Assembly (NCBI GenBank): GCA_043228905.1
Contig: JBHGNT010000002.1
Coordinates: 1,922,001 to 1,986,000 of the forward strand
Length of the DNA stretch: 64,000 bases
Direction of reading: 5' to 3'
Source of the DNA: Azolla caroliniana
Taxonomy: Eukaryota; Plantae; Polypodiophyta
Made by a program: the position numbers and the translations under genes. Shown here piece after piece: positions 40,061-53,700 of the stretch (positions are counted from its first letter, which is position 1; every line of letters begins with the position of its first letter). The notes under the pieces are model-generated. The model was given only the letters and a program-made list of their open reading frames with translations. It was not told the DNA's origin and did no database searches.

Positions 40061-41909
40061 TGTGCAAACATGCGTGTGTATGCAACTTGAGCGGGATTGT
40101 GGGGGTCTTGGACAAGGGAGTATGCTAAGGTTAGGAGGACTTGAAAGGATGGGGCTGAAAACGTCTAAAAGTCGAAAGACTTAATATCAAAAATGTGTCG
40201 AAGAAAGGTGTAAGTCGAAGACATGACTAGTTGAAGAAACTGGCTAATCAAAGAAAGCCCTTTTTGCGACGAAAACCTCTATTCGAAGAAATGAATCCAA
40301 GTTGGGTAAGTGGAAGGTTAGACGAATGAAAAGAAGCAAATGTATGCGGAACACGAAATCACGGGGTTTGGCCGATGCAACTACATCCTCTTGGGTGCTT
40401 ACACAAGATAGATTATTCACGTGATTAAGGTGATGAGTACGAGTTTATGACTAAATGGCCTTGTATCAAGAAGTAGACGCTAGATTAAATCAAGATGGCC
40501 CTTTATAAAATAGGGTTTACAAAATACAAAGGGGAAGGCGTTACAATGGTGGCAACCTCGAGTTAACCACAAGCTCGAGCAACAATTAGAAAATGGGGGG
40601 AGCAAACCTTCCAATGTAGAATCGCAATTTTGGAATGTTATTATACACATTAACCCAACATGGTGGCAAACTTGCAAACAAACGATAAGACACACATAAC
40701 CTTGTGTTTCCAACCTCATGCCACAGACAACTTGAATCACAATTGGTCATTGCAATCATGATCTCTCATTCCATGTATGGTGGCGTGCTTTTAAACAACA
40801 ACAAATCATATATATGGCCTTCCAAGAAAGTTAAAATATCATTCTCTCTCGCATGTGTTTTAAAAATATTTATTTAACATGTGTCACGATGACTCACATG
40901 ATCTAGATTCTCTGAATCGTTGATATCTACGTGTGATTAGTAAATTAGTTAATTAATCAGTAATCGCTTGATCTAATTCAAGAAAATTGTTACATGCATA
41001 ACTTTACAAACCAATTTGAGTGATAAATTTTGTGGGTTAAGGGCTGGATAGTTCGGTAGGATAGTTGGGGACAAGCCCATAAGAACGTATGACACGTGGG
41101 CACACTATGGTTTAGGAGCCTTTGGTGTTGGGCTATATAAAGAGGACTAGTTTACCCCATTAATCATGGCATATTGAGACACTGATAAGTATCCTATCGG
41201 TGAGGTTAAGAACTCTTCTTTGGGTCCACTATTTAACAACCAAGGTTACACATGTAATATTTAGTGATATGGGACATTGGTAGTCTTTTGCGTTTGTCTC
41301 ATGTCCTTTGCTTGGGGTTGATTGATGTGGTCAATCATCCCTAATACATTATTAATCTTACTATCTTATTATTTCTTCCTTTTTCTCATCTTTAGTTCGA
41401 CATGTAATATAACTCTATCTATTTCATTCATCCACACTTATGTGTACTCTAATTGTTTAGGTTGACATGATTATAATTGATAGTAGAGCATTAACCAAAC
41501 ATTCAATAACAGATAATCATTTCGTGAGTTAATCGATTCTTAGGGGTTAATTGTGCATTTACAAGAAAACCTGTCGATGGCGATGGATAGGTTCAGATAT
41601 ATGTACATATTATGAATCGAATAGCGAGAATTCTAGGGTTTGCCGGAAGGGTAGTTTTAGCACCACGAAAGATCAATCTGCAGGGTGTAGGGTTTTTACT
41701 GTAATAAATTTCCATGGGTTTTAAGCAGAAGAAAAGGCATCCCTGTCAGTCTTTCTTCGATTCGAGCCAGATTAGTTCTTGATTCTATGAGAAAAGACAG
41801 AGCGACGTATATCCGAGGCAGGGCAGGTTTAGGGTAGGCGAGGAGCATCAAGGAGAAGAAAAGTCAGTCTGCGCTCTTAATCTGTCTCTTCTTTCCTCAT
41901 ATTCTTGAT

Positions 41910-44900
41910 ATGCTGTGGAAATGGGTAACTCTAACCCTGATTATCAGAAGAAGCTTGAAAACCATGCCTACGTTCTACAGAGAAAACAGGGTGAAGGAGG
42001 ATTACATCCACCATTTCCACTTCACACGTCTCTCATCCTACACAATATGGAAGCAGAATTACACGTCAGGTAAGCTTCTAGAAGATGATGCGAGAGATGG
42101 AAAAGAAGGAGAAGGAGAAGAAGAAGGTGACGATGGAACAGATCAAGAAGGGATTTCTTGTAGTAATGAAGGAAGATTTGCTATAGGTCAGAGATCAGTA
42201 TGCGAGGACGAGAAGAAATGCAACGAAATGAAAGCGGGTGTTTTGAGTAAGCATTTGATGAAGCTTCCTCGAGACGCATCTGCGGTTCCTTATTTGGAAC
42301 AGTGGTTTGCAGAGAAGAATGGCTTTCCGAAGAATGTAATTATTGTGGCTCTCACCAACCTCAAGCGGGACCGAAGGTACAAACAGGCCTTGGAGGTAAG
42401 GGGTGGGAAATGTCTTGACCCATTAAGGTTCTGTTGATGAAATGACATTATTGATATTGCTGGAAACAACACACGGCTACAATATGAAGGAATGATGATA
42501 TTTATAGACGTAAATGACGGCGAAATATGAGAGAAAGATGAAATTGGGATGAAAAGAATGAGTCCACATAATGAGATAGTGATATTAATAGATGAAAAGT
42601 GATGTAATGTGGCTAGGCTATTGGAGAATGATGATATTTAGATGAAAAAGATGATATGAATCTACACTATGAGAGGATAGTGATATTGCCATGAAAATGA
42701 TGGAATGAGGATTTATTAAAGGGGATGAAAATATTTTAAATAGAAGAGATGTAATGAGGCTGCATCATAAGAGAATAGATGTAATGTTGTAAATGTGTAT
42801 GATATTTAGGTTAGAAATATTGTGAATAGACTAGATAGGCATATAAAGTTACATCACAGAGATGTATATGTGAAAACAAACTTTCTATTACATATGAGAG
42901 TAGCTCACAATGGTAGTCCTCGCATGCATTCACACCTTAGAGCTTAGATGGGACATGGATTAGTCAAGCACAAAGTTAGCGGCAACAGAAATAGTCACAA
43001 TCACTATGTAAGAGAAAGAGAGTGGATATTTATATTCTCTGTTTGATCTCAATGTCACATTAAATGTACAAGTAAGTTATGTGCAAGTTAGTTGATAGTA
43101 GTGGGGATATATTCCTTTGTTAATTGACTTGTCATTTAATATGACCCAGCTCCCTAGATACAAGCTAGTGCTAGATAGTACTTAACTTAAAGTCAATGGC
43201 ATATACTTCAAGACCAAGTACATCTTAACTTGCCTACAGAGAATATTCTTCTAGTTGACTTGTCTAGTCGATCCTGTTACCCTACTTCCCTCTTTGCTAA
43301 ATACATTCTGTCCTACTCATCTACAATTTCCTACATTGACACCTCACAACAAGAAACCCTAAAAGGAAGCGAGAAAGAAAAATCAACTGCAGCAATTCGT
43401 TATAACTAATCTTGGAAATATTCGTAACTGCTCATGGGTAATATATCACATGGAAGGAAATATATATCCACATGTGTGAATGATGGAATGCATAAGATTC
43501 AAACATATCTTTGTTCAATCAAAGAAATTTTGGTGTCCAAATTTATGACTCAACACTATTTTTGAGTATTTTAATTTTGTAATCTGAATGCTCAGATTAT
43601 TTTGTTCAATTTTAGATATTCACTGCACTTTCATAGTCCCATAAAATGGGGGATGTAACTGGTCCTCTAGGATAAGGAATAAGTGCTGCAAGATATATAG
43701 TCCCAAAGCCCTTAAAAACATGTAAAAATCTGAGAAAAATGGGTTCTTTAGGTTCATCTGGATCGGTTCACTTAAAGTACAAAATCCATTGAGATTTACT
43801 AGAACAAGGTGAGTCTCATAATCTTCCATTGCTTGCATATCCATTTAATGATCAGCTTGTTTAATTGAAGTTACAACCCACCTTTTTTGGGCGTTAAGCA
43901 TTTTGATGAACTACTTTAGATCTCTGTTACTAGTGGTTAATCTGTACCAAATTTACCAATTTGTCAGCTGGTTCTTTAACACTCGGAAACATAGATTGCG
44001 AATGAGATGAAGCATGGAAGTTTACTACCTACCTTTCAGACAACCTACCCCACCCTTTAATAGGCCTCTTTGGCTAATTACGTGATTACTACCTCCCATT
44101 ATTGGGTTGGACATGGTTGAAAAAGTTGTATTTTTGTTTTCGTGGATTCAACTGAATCCAGCAAGTGATGAAACATAACAAATAGCCCATCTTAAGTCCT
44201 GTGTTTATTCATGTGTAGGGGAGGCTAGCGCTGAAGCAAGGGAAATTAGTTGTGGGAGAACTTGTAGATTTCGTGTGGTTTTGGTTTCTTGCAGACGTGT
44301 TTAGATGGCTTCTGATTATGATTTAGTGGTTTGATTTGAGTGTTTTTAAAAAATATTTATAAGTATGTCTTGCCTGAAGATAAAACTGACCCATGAATAA
44401 TTCTGTGTTTTTTGCCAAGTGCGTTGTTTAATTTTGCTTTTCTTTCTGTGTACGGCTTTAATTAGCGAGATATTTCTTTTTATAATCATGTTTGCTGATA
44501 ACACTACTAAAAATCTACCGTCTTAGATGGATCATGATGTGTAAATAATAATTTGTTCTTCTGAAAGTGTTTTGAGGTTTAGTCGCCAATTAATTCATTC
44601 TTTCATGTCCCCACATTTTCTTCTTATTGCTAACGAGTTTTACTATCTTTTATGCAGGTTACAGACTTTATTCGGAAGAAAAGTCTGTTTGAGATGGAGG
44701 ATGTGGATTACATGTATAGACTTTACCTGGTAGGTCAAGTGGGATCAATACAAGATGTTGAGGAATGTTTTGAAGCTATTCCAACTGAATGCTTGACAGA
44801 GAGAGTTTATAACCAACTAATAGCATTTTACATCGGAAAGGGTATGCTTAAATATGCTGAAAATGCCCTTGAAAAGCTAAAGAACTCAGGTCATATGGTT

Positions 44901-45899
44901 TCAATTCGACCTTACAATCAATTCATGTCAATGTACAGACATCAAGGTGACACTAAGAAAGCTCTTGCGTTCATAAAAATGATGACCGCATCATCTATCT
45001 CTCCTGATACCCGGACATACAATCTTCTTTTAAGTTTGATAAGTAAACAAGGTGATCCTGATGGGGTTCTGAAGAATTACAAAGCCATGAAAGATGAGGA
45101 TGTGGCTCCGAACATCGTTACTTACTCTCTAGTAGCAAAAGCATACATTGCAGTGGGGAGGCTAGAGGAAGCATTGTCTCTAGCAATGAAGATGAAGAGG
45201 CTGAAAGGCAGAAATACCCACTTGGCACATGACCTTCTCCTCACGGTTTATGCTGAACAAGGGAAAGGTGAAGAGCTTAGAAAGACATGGAAGGAAATTG
45301 AGAGAAGTAACAATCTCTCGGCACGCTCCTATGGTATTATGATCGAGTCCTTAGGAAAGCTTGGGTTCATAAAAGAAGCCGAGAATTTGGCTGCCAAAGC
45401 TGAGATGAAGAAGATGAAGCTTTCAGGGAGGGTATACAATGCAATGATGGATGTGTATGGAAGGCATGGGATGATAGAATCGGCTGAAATTTTGATGGCT
45501 CGAATTCGTAATGCCAATAGTGTGACGTACAAGCATCTCATTTCTGGCTATTTGAAACGAGATCAACTAGATAAGGCTATGGAGTATTTGAGAGCTTCAA
45601 GGAATAGCTTGACTTACGGAAATTCAAAACCATGGTTCGACTCATTCATGCTTATCATGCAAAATCTTGCTGACAGAGGAGAATGTGAGATTGCTGAGCA
45701 TGCGTTCCAATACTTCACTTCGCCAGGGTCATATAGGAATACAATAGTTTATAATGTGTTGATCAAGGCATATATAAAAGCTAGGAAGACTACATCTTCA
45801 TCAAGCTTTCGTCAAAGAATGTTTGCCGATGGTATAGAACCGAATGCAAAGACTATGGCTTTTCTTGCAGAGTTGGAATCACTACATGAAATGATCTAG
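41910..45899 (+). CDS. P-class pentatricopeptide repeat protein, probably organelle-targeted; exons 41910-42395 and 44658-45899 (~575 aa)
   Basis: L.QW...LK..RRYKQALE|V N-terminal motif joined by a phase-0 intron to tandem 35-aa repeats (VYNQLI, PYNQFM, PDTRTYNLLL, PNIVTYSLV, VYNAMM, VYNVLI...GIEPN). Confidence 0.9.
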
Positions 45900-46016
45900 A
45901 GTCCATTGTTGTCTCAAATGTTTTGAGAGTTGATGAAGCAAAATTTAGTATAGCTGTATATAATGTCACTTCTAGAACCAATGCTTATGTCTTTTTTTAT
46001 ATGTTCTTTTTCTCCT

Positions 46017-46057
<41 letters not shown>

Positions 46058-47734
46058 CCCCCTTCTCTTTGTCACTCTCTTGGTTGTATTGGTTAATTAT
46101 AGTAGAGGAAATTACAATGACCAATGAGCATTGCATGTACAACTAATATAAGGGCATATTATTATGAATGTGTATTAATGATGAACAATTAATTATAAGG
46201 ATTAAAGAAAGAATGGATAAGTCTACTCAACCACACTAACCAGCTTTCAGCAAAAAATAAGATACAAATACAAAACCTTGTTGGTCTCCTATACGTTGAA
46301 TATGATCTATTATATCTCAAGAGTTGAGCAATCTATGGATCTAAAATTTGAGAGGTTTACCTCACTAATAGTCTTGACAAAGTCTTTGAGAGGAGCCTAA
46401 AGGGTCAACTAGTTCCTTTATGTAGCAAAACTCCTTAGGCTCCACCATGTGTTCCCTCATGTTGTCTTGAGTGCTAAGATAATTGGCTTCTCGCTTATTC
46501 TACACTTAACTCTAGTAAAATAGGCCTTTACTTGGGTTCTTAAGGTTATGCTTAAAGCACATCTAGAAATCAAACAATATTTTAAAGTTTGGACACAATG
46601 TCCAATATATGTCAAATACAAATTATTATCCTCACTCTAATGATATCCTACATTTGAGATCTTTTATACAACAACAAATTATGTTTCAATTATTATTTGT
46701 TTTATGATTAGGGTTCTTGTAACAAATGTATCATGTTAGAAAAGCACAACCATCTAACTTAATCATATGGTTGAATCCTTCATGCTTGATGTATTAAGCA
46801 CTTCATGTTCCCAATGGAATCATGAATCTTGTTGAACACTAAAAAAGAAGGAATTGTTACATATGTGATGTGCTTATGACTAATTGGTTGGAACTTGGCA
46901 TGGATGAATTGTCTTTGATATCCTTCAAATTGGGCAGTGGAAAGTGAGTTATGGAACAAAATCGAACTCTTAAAGCCATGTATATGATACAGTGGATGCT
47001 TCCACAATATGGTTAACCAATTATTTCTAAATAAAACTTTGCATGGTAGATTCGCCTTTCAATAGTTTTGCTCAAATATATGGTTATCTCAGTCTTTGAC
47101 AAACGTGAAGAGGTCTTGCATTAGCCTATCACATTGAGTGGATGGGATGGATGTGTATCTAGAACGGTATATTCATCTTGTGATGTGTGTTAAAAGAGGG
47201 CCTTATAGTGGGGCAACTTGTTACCAAGTGCCATTGTGGGCATGATCCACGTTCTTTCACTATCCAATTGAATGATACCGATTTAAATCGCCTGATTGGT
47301 GGAGAGATATATTGGAATGAGGCCAATGCATTTCTCATTATGGCATGTGATTGGAGCCATTATTGTGCAACACATTGTATAGCAAAAGCTCGGTGATCTC
47401 CACGATCATCTAACTATTCCGATGGAATATCCGTGAATCTTGAGTAACTTTGCTCGGGGAGCTCCACAATCCAATTGGACACAAGCCGCCACGATTAAAT
47501 CGCGGCGAGCAATCATAAAGACTAAAAGGTCTAACTAATCTATTGGATTTCAGTTAGGGCCGAGGGTTTGTTATTTTCTTGTGCAGAATTTAGTAGTAGT
47601 AACAAGTTACAACAAACAAAAATCAGTTGGAGCGTGTTTTCTTCCTTCTCGTTGGAAGACAGAAGAAGAAGAAGGAGGAGGTGAAGGTGAAGGTGTCTCG
47701 ACAGCGACAGCGAGAGACACGGCCACCGGTCGCG

Positions 47735-50700
47735 ATGGTGCAGCTGTGTTTGCTCACCTCTGGAGATGAAGAAAGAATCTCAGAAAACAGCAACGCGCAG
47801 AGAGCAGAGATATCTCATCAGCATGATGATCATGACCCTCCTCCTTCTGACTGTAAAATACTACCTTACACGGTTGCCTACTTCTCTGGCCAGGTACATT
47901 TTCTCTTCATGTCAAAAGAAACATGAATCCGCAGCACATTGTGAAAAAACAGTGAGTAACACTTTGAAAAGACACTGGAAAACATAAAAAATGACATCCG
48001 ATAACATCAAAATTACATTGGATAGTATCAAATGTCAGATAGCATTGGATTAAGACACAGTGATATAACATCAAAATAACATCGGATGATATAAATAAGA
48101 CATCAAAGCATCAAAATAACACTGGATAAACATCAAATAGATGAAATAAAATAAAACATCAGAATTCTAGAAGAATACATTTAATAACATCGAATAATAC
48201 ATTGAGTGACATGAATGAGCTTTCATTGCGTTGATTTATTTTCTTTAATTTTTCTATTAAATGTTACTTGCAATGATATTTGTGTATAGGATGAAGATTT
48301 TCCTGCTACTGAGCTTAACAAAGGTATCCTAGGACGTGGATGGCAGAGCCCCAGGTTTAACGATAAATTTGATTGATATGCGCATAAATTTAATTATATA
48401 TTTATAAAACTTAATGACATATGCAAAGTTTTAATTATAGATTAATAACTGTATTGCTGGTCATAGGTATTAATTATATATGCATAGAATTTAATATGTA
48501 TAATGTAAGTATAAAATTTGCTGATGTGTGCACAAAATTCAACATACACATTTAACAATGTAAGGATAGCCTATAGGAACAAATGTTTAAGGATCTGTGT
48601 ATAAAGTTGTCTGTATTCATAAATTTTGAACGATACATGCATAAAATCTGATGGTATATAAACAAAATTTGGTCACGTTGCATAATTTGATGTGCATGAC
48701 CTTTAATGATATATGCATCAAATGTATCAGTAATGGTAGGTTTGCAGGTTTTGTTCTTACCCTCAAGAGATAGTAGTGGAACTGGAAAGGCCATCAAATA
48801 TCGTAAGCTTACAAATCTTGTGCCATGAATACAAGGTAGGGGAGTTGCAGGGCTTTGGGAGTACCTATTTGCTCATTAAATTAGAATTTACGTTCCGTTC
48901 CTTGAATTGAGTCAGGCATTTCTGTAATTATTTTTTGTAGATTGCATCTAAAGTGGAAGTATTTGTAAGTTTGGAGTCCCATTGGATGCACAAGGAGGGC
49001 ATCAATCAAATGAAACAATTAGGGTAGGTTTCTCTCTTTCCATTTCGGGTTTTGATGAAATGTCAACAAATATTAGGCATGAAAATTACGGACATGAAAA
49101 TATGCATTGTTCCCAATACATATGATTGACATGGAAATTAGAGATCACTCACATTAAAACCTAATTATAGTGCATGGACGTATCTTCCCCTGTAATCCCA
49201 TTTAACCAAAAAACATACACTATTTTACATTTTCTATGGTAATAACATCTCCCAATCTCCCAACAAAATCAGATTGAGTGAACAGGAAACTGAAACTCAT
49301 CATACATTGAATGAAGGTCTTGCTCACAGTAGTCTGCTTTAAATAAGTGTATACATCACTCAAGAATACCCCTAGCACCAAGAGGTAGGTATTTCAGATA
49401 GTTTTGGAATAAGGGAAATCATCCTCTCTTGACGTGAGTAATGTAATAAGTATGCATGGCTGTGTCAATTTAGAAAGGAAAGATGTTTCCAGATTACGTT
49501 TGTAATGCTTATGTACAGACCATGAGTCATTTTAGATTATGGGTACCCCAACACACTCAAATGTAAATAGACCATCTTAGATACTTAATCCCCATAAATT
49601 GAATGTAGCAATGGTTTTATTGAAAAAAGAAAAAGAAGTTGCTCTAAAATGGGTCCTCACTAACCTGTGCACTTTTCCTATTCTTTGTTTTCACTTCTTC
49701 TATTTTTCGTCTCTCTGTGGGCATAGATACATAGGTGGATTAATTGGATTCTTTTAATATAGTAAGCCATCTTAGATCCAAATCACTGTATGAAGTGCAG
49801 TTTTATTGTTGCAATTATTCACTTCTATTTCATTGTGAAATACTGCATGCAGCTTTGTTTCTTTGGATGCCAATGATAAGACAAAGTATCAAGCCCGAGA
49901 GTTAAAGCATATAAGTATCAATTGCCATGCCAAAGTTGTTCGCTTGCTACTACATTCTTGCTTTTTGAATAAGATGAATACATATAATCAGGTGATGTAT
50001 GACACTCCAAGAATATGAATTATTTTAGCTTTTAAAAAGTTTATGCCCTACACGTTAAAATAGGGTTGCACTAGGTTGTATGAATATGGAGTTTCCACAA
50101 TTGCTTGCAAGTTCTTATACACCTTGGATATTCCTCAAAAAAATGATATATTGCAAAAAATTATATTAGAAAATGAATCTTTAATAGCTTAAAACAGTTA
50201 TTGTTGCACGTAATAAAGACTATGATTATGATCATATTCTTTATTAAATGTCCTCATTCAATGCTGCTTGTCCTCTACCCTAGCTGATCCTTGTCCTTCT
50301 CACTGCTGCTGCCCCTCTGCTCTATCTTCATAACAGTGACAGAAGCAAGAGGATATAGTAGCTCTGAAAATTAGATGGGCGTATGAGTAAATTTATCATA
50401 GATTTTCACAATGTATAATGTGAAATGATGGCGGATGTCATGTTAATGATGGTGATGTGAGGCTCTGGGTGTCACTCAATCTTTCATTTCTTATTTTAAT
50501 CCACCAGCTTAATAGTATCTTGCATTTACACATGGCTGCGTCCAGGAGCAGAGAATGATATGATGATAGGAAAATTTTACCATAAATTCCTATCGAGAGA
50601 GAGAGGTCTGCTTTACTGTGACACATTGTTCTACTCTAGATTGAAGCAAGTGCTGAATTTGATTCTACAAGGGACAGTACTGGTTGCACGGAGGGCAATA

Positions 50701-53700
50701 CACAATACTCTTGATCCATACATCCTATAACTTACATAATGCCCTTTTGTGTGGGGATTTTGTATAATTAAAGGTTACCAAACAATTTACTCCGACATTT
50801 GGTCTCTGAACGCATTGAGATATTTGGCTGTGATGGTCAAGGTGTTTATTCCATATCCAACCAATAGTTTCGGCCAACAGGAAATCTGTGAATGAAAAAT
50901 TAAAATTCCACCCTCAAAATGACTAAAACCCATTTCCAGTGGGTCAAATTTCATGCAAGAATAAGTGAATGATATGTAAGTTAACAAAAAACCTGAATAG
51001 AAGATGTTTGGGACTTTGTTTGACCATTCTAAGTACACAATTACATTTTCTGGGCTTACAATGTGTATGTAGTTCTTTAGCATGTAGCTAATGGTGTTAC
51101 TTGAGAGATTTCTTGTACTTTTGTTATCTTCTATTTGGATTATAAATGATGTATAAATTAATAAAAAACCTGAATAGAAGATGATGTTTGGGACTCTGTT
51201 TGGCCATTCTTAGTACATAATTACATTTTCTGGGTTTACAATGCGCATGCAGTTATTTATCATGTAGCTAATAATGTTTCTTGAGGGTTTCCATCTACTT
51301 TTGTTTCATCATCTATTCTGATGATATTATTTCCACTCCAAACCTCTCCCAGGAGTTTTCCTGTGGCCTAAAATTTTTTGATTGAGAATATGTCTTCAAG
51401 CTGCAATTAACATACCCATATAATTATACATGCATTCTTGAAAATGATCAGTATGAAAACGTGCATTTAAAGTATATTTATCAACAGAAATATTGTTTCA
51501 TGAATGTGTGAGAAATTTGTTTCCTAAGTGTCTGTTACAATGATTTACAACATGCCAACTACGCACTATCTTTATCATGACTGTTTGCAATTGTATAGGG
51601 GTCACACCTGCCACCTTATGCCTGTATGAGCATCACAGCTAAATGCGATAAGTTAAAAAGAAGCTGATCATTCACCTATGATGGAATCCATGTTGTCAAC
51701 ATAGAGATTTGGCAACTCATGCTGTAGAATATAAGCCATGAGCTATGGGTATTTGTGAATGTTAACTACAAGTGTTTGAGCATGTCAACTATGTGTGCAA
51801 GTTACAGCTTTTTACTAACTTATTTGAAGGGTAAAAATTTTCGAAGGGAAGAACCTCATGACTATCTGAGTACCATAATTTAAAAGCAGTTAGAATGCAA
51901 GGAGCTAATCATGGAACAAAATTAAAATTATCATCGAAAAGTTATATCTCAATTAGCATAACATGTCTACGTTTTTCAAGCATGTTTTTATAGGTTGGGA
52001 TTGTTGCCCTGATTGTTACTGGTGAACCATGTGTTGATAAACAAACAAGGATGCTTGCGTCAGAAATTCCAGGTGTCAAAAATCCATGGTATTATTCTAG
52101 GCACTATCTTTTTGTCATTTTCATTATAAACTAATTTCTTAGTGGATTGTTCAATAGTGTTAGTACTACCAATTCAAGGATCCACATAGTAGGGACAATG
52201 CCGTTTCCTGTTGAGGCTTTTTAAGTCCAACAATGTTTCTTTCATGCAGCCCTTGGTGCTCTTGAAAGACAATGTGCACATTTGGAGTTTCAGGAGCCGC
52301 GATCTAAATTACGTCTATTATATACACTTGTGACACCAACTCTGCTCCACGGAATAGAAATATGGGGACTGAATCTTAACAAAGCAAATATCTGGTAAGA
52401 TTTAGAGAGACTTTTAGTCTCCATGATTTCCTGCATGATAAGGAACAAAGCGTTGGTGTCCCATGATATAATCTGGGTAGAGATGGGAGGAGCCCTTATA
52501 ATCATCGATGCAGTATTCCGATCAGTGATCTGTATCCCACGTCTTTGAGAGCTCCCTAAAGGAAGGTACTCAAGGTTGGCACTTGTTTCATCAGAACAAC
52601 TTGGTGAACAAGGAGACATTCATTGTTGGTATGCTGAAATGCAACAATTGTTCGAGTCACATGCATAAGTGTAAATGTACTACCCCCATTCCAATATACC
52701 TTAGATTGTCCCCATCTAAACATGACAGAGTGGAAATGAATAGAGTGATCCAAACGGATATTATTAAGTCCATAAGCTCTTTATCCTCAATGAGGTTATT
52801 GTAGTAAATGTAGATATAGCTACTAAAAAGACATTTGATATATGGCACCTTTGTTATTATTGTAACATTTCATAGGTTCCCTTCAGAAACTTTAATTTCT
52901 GATTCAGGACTAAATTTGTATTGAGAGCATGAATGTCCTTTGGTTTTTTGTCTACAGGGTGCATATACCCAGTTTTGGTGTAATGAAAGATAGAATTAAC
53001 AGCGAGGTTAATAATGCTTTAAGCGATCTGGATCCGCTAACTATACAAGAGATTGCTTCAGTATATTCTTAATCATCCCAAGACTCATTCAGATTCTGTT
53101 ATGTTTCTCAAATTGCTTAATATAAACTAGAACATATAATATCGTGCCTAATTTCATATTGTGGTGAATGCAGCTGCAAAAAGAGAAGTCAAGAGCTGTA
53201 GAAAATGAGCAGTACGATGAGGCAAAGAGATTGAAGGTAAATCAGTAAAACAGTAGCATGTTTTTTAGGAAGACACCTCAGGTCTTGCTAGCATTTTCAT
53301 GCAACTACTCATTGTAAAGCTGAAGGACAGAAACCAGATGTTTTGTTTCACAATATCAACATAACAGAAGCAAATATAATTATATGATCCCCATTCCCTT
53401 TGAGACTGAGGTTTCAGTATGTGCTTTTCTCTTTAGAAGTACTCACATGAATAAGACATTGTTTATCATAATATCCTTTGCAAGTCTTTCGCGAACTATT
53501 ACAAGTCACAAATTAAGGTCTCAAACTAACAACTTCTTTGAAGATTAATTTGTTGAAATTTATCCTGACATTGCAGCATTTGATTGAGCGAAGAATAGCT
53601 GCATGTGGAAGAATAAAAGAATTAGAACGCAAGAAACAAGCTGCAGTACTTGAAGAAGATTATGACTGTGCAAAATCATGTAAGGTACAATGTCCTAACA

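Noticed and set aside
40100-41350. Possible solo LTR(s) upstream of the PPR gene
   Set aside because: LTR-like composition, but I could not define termini, a TSD or a PBS.
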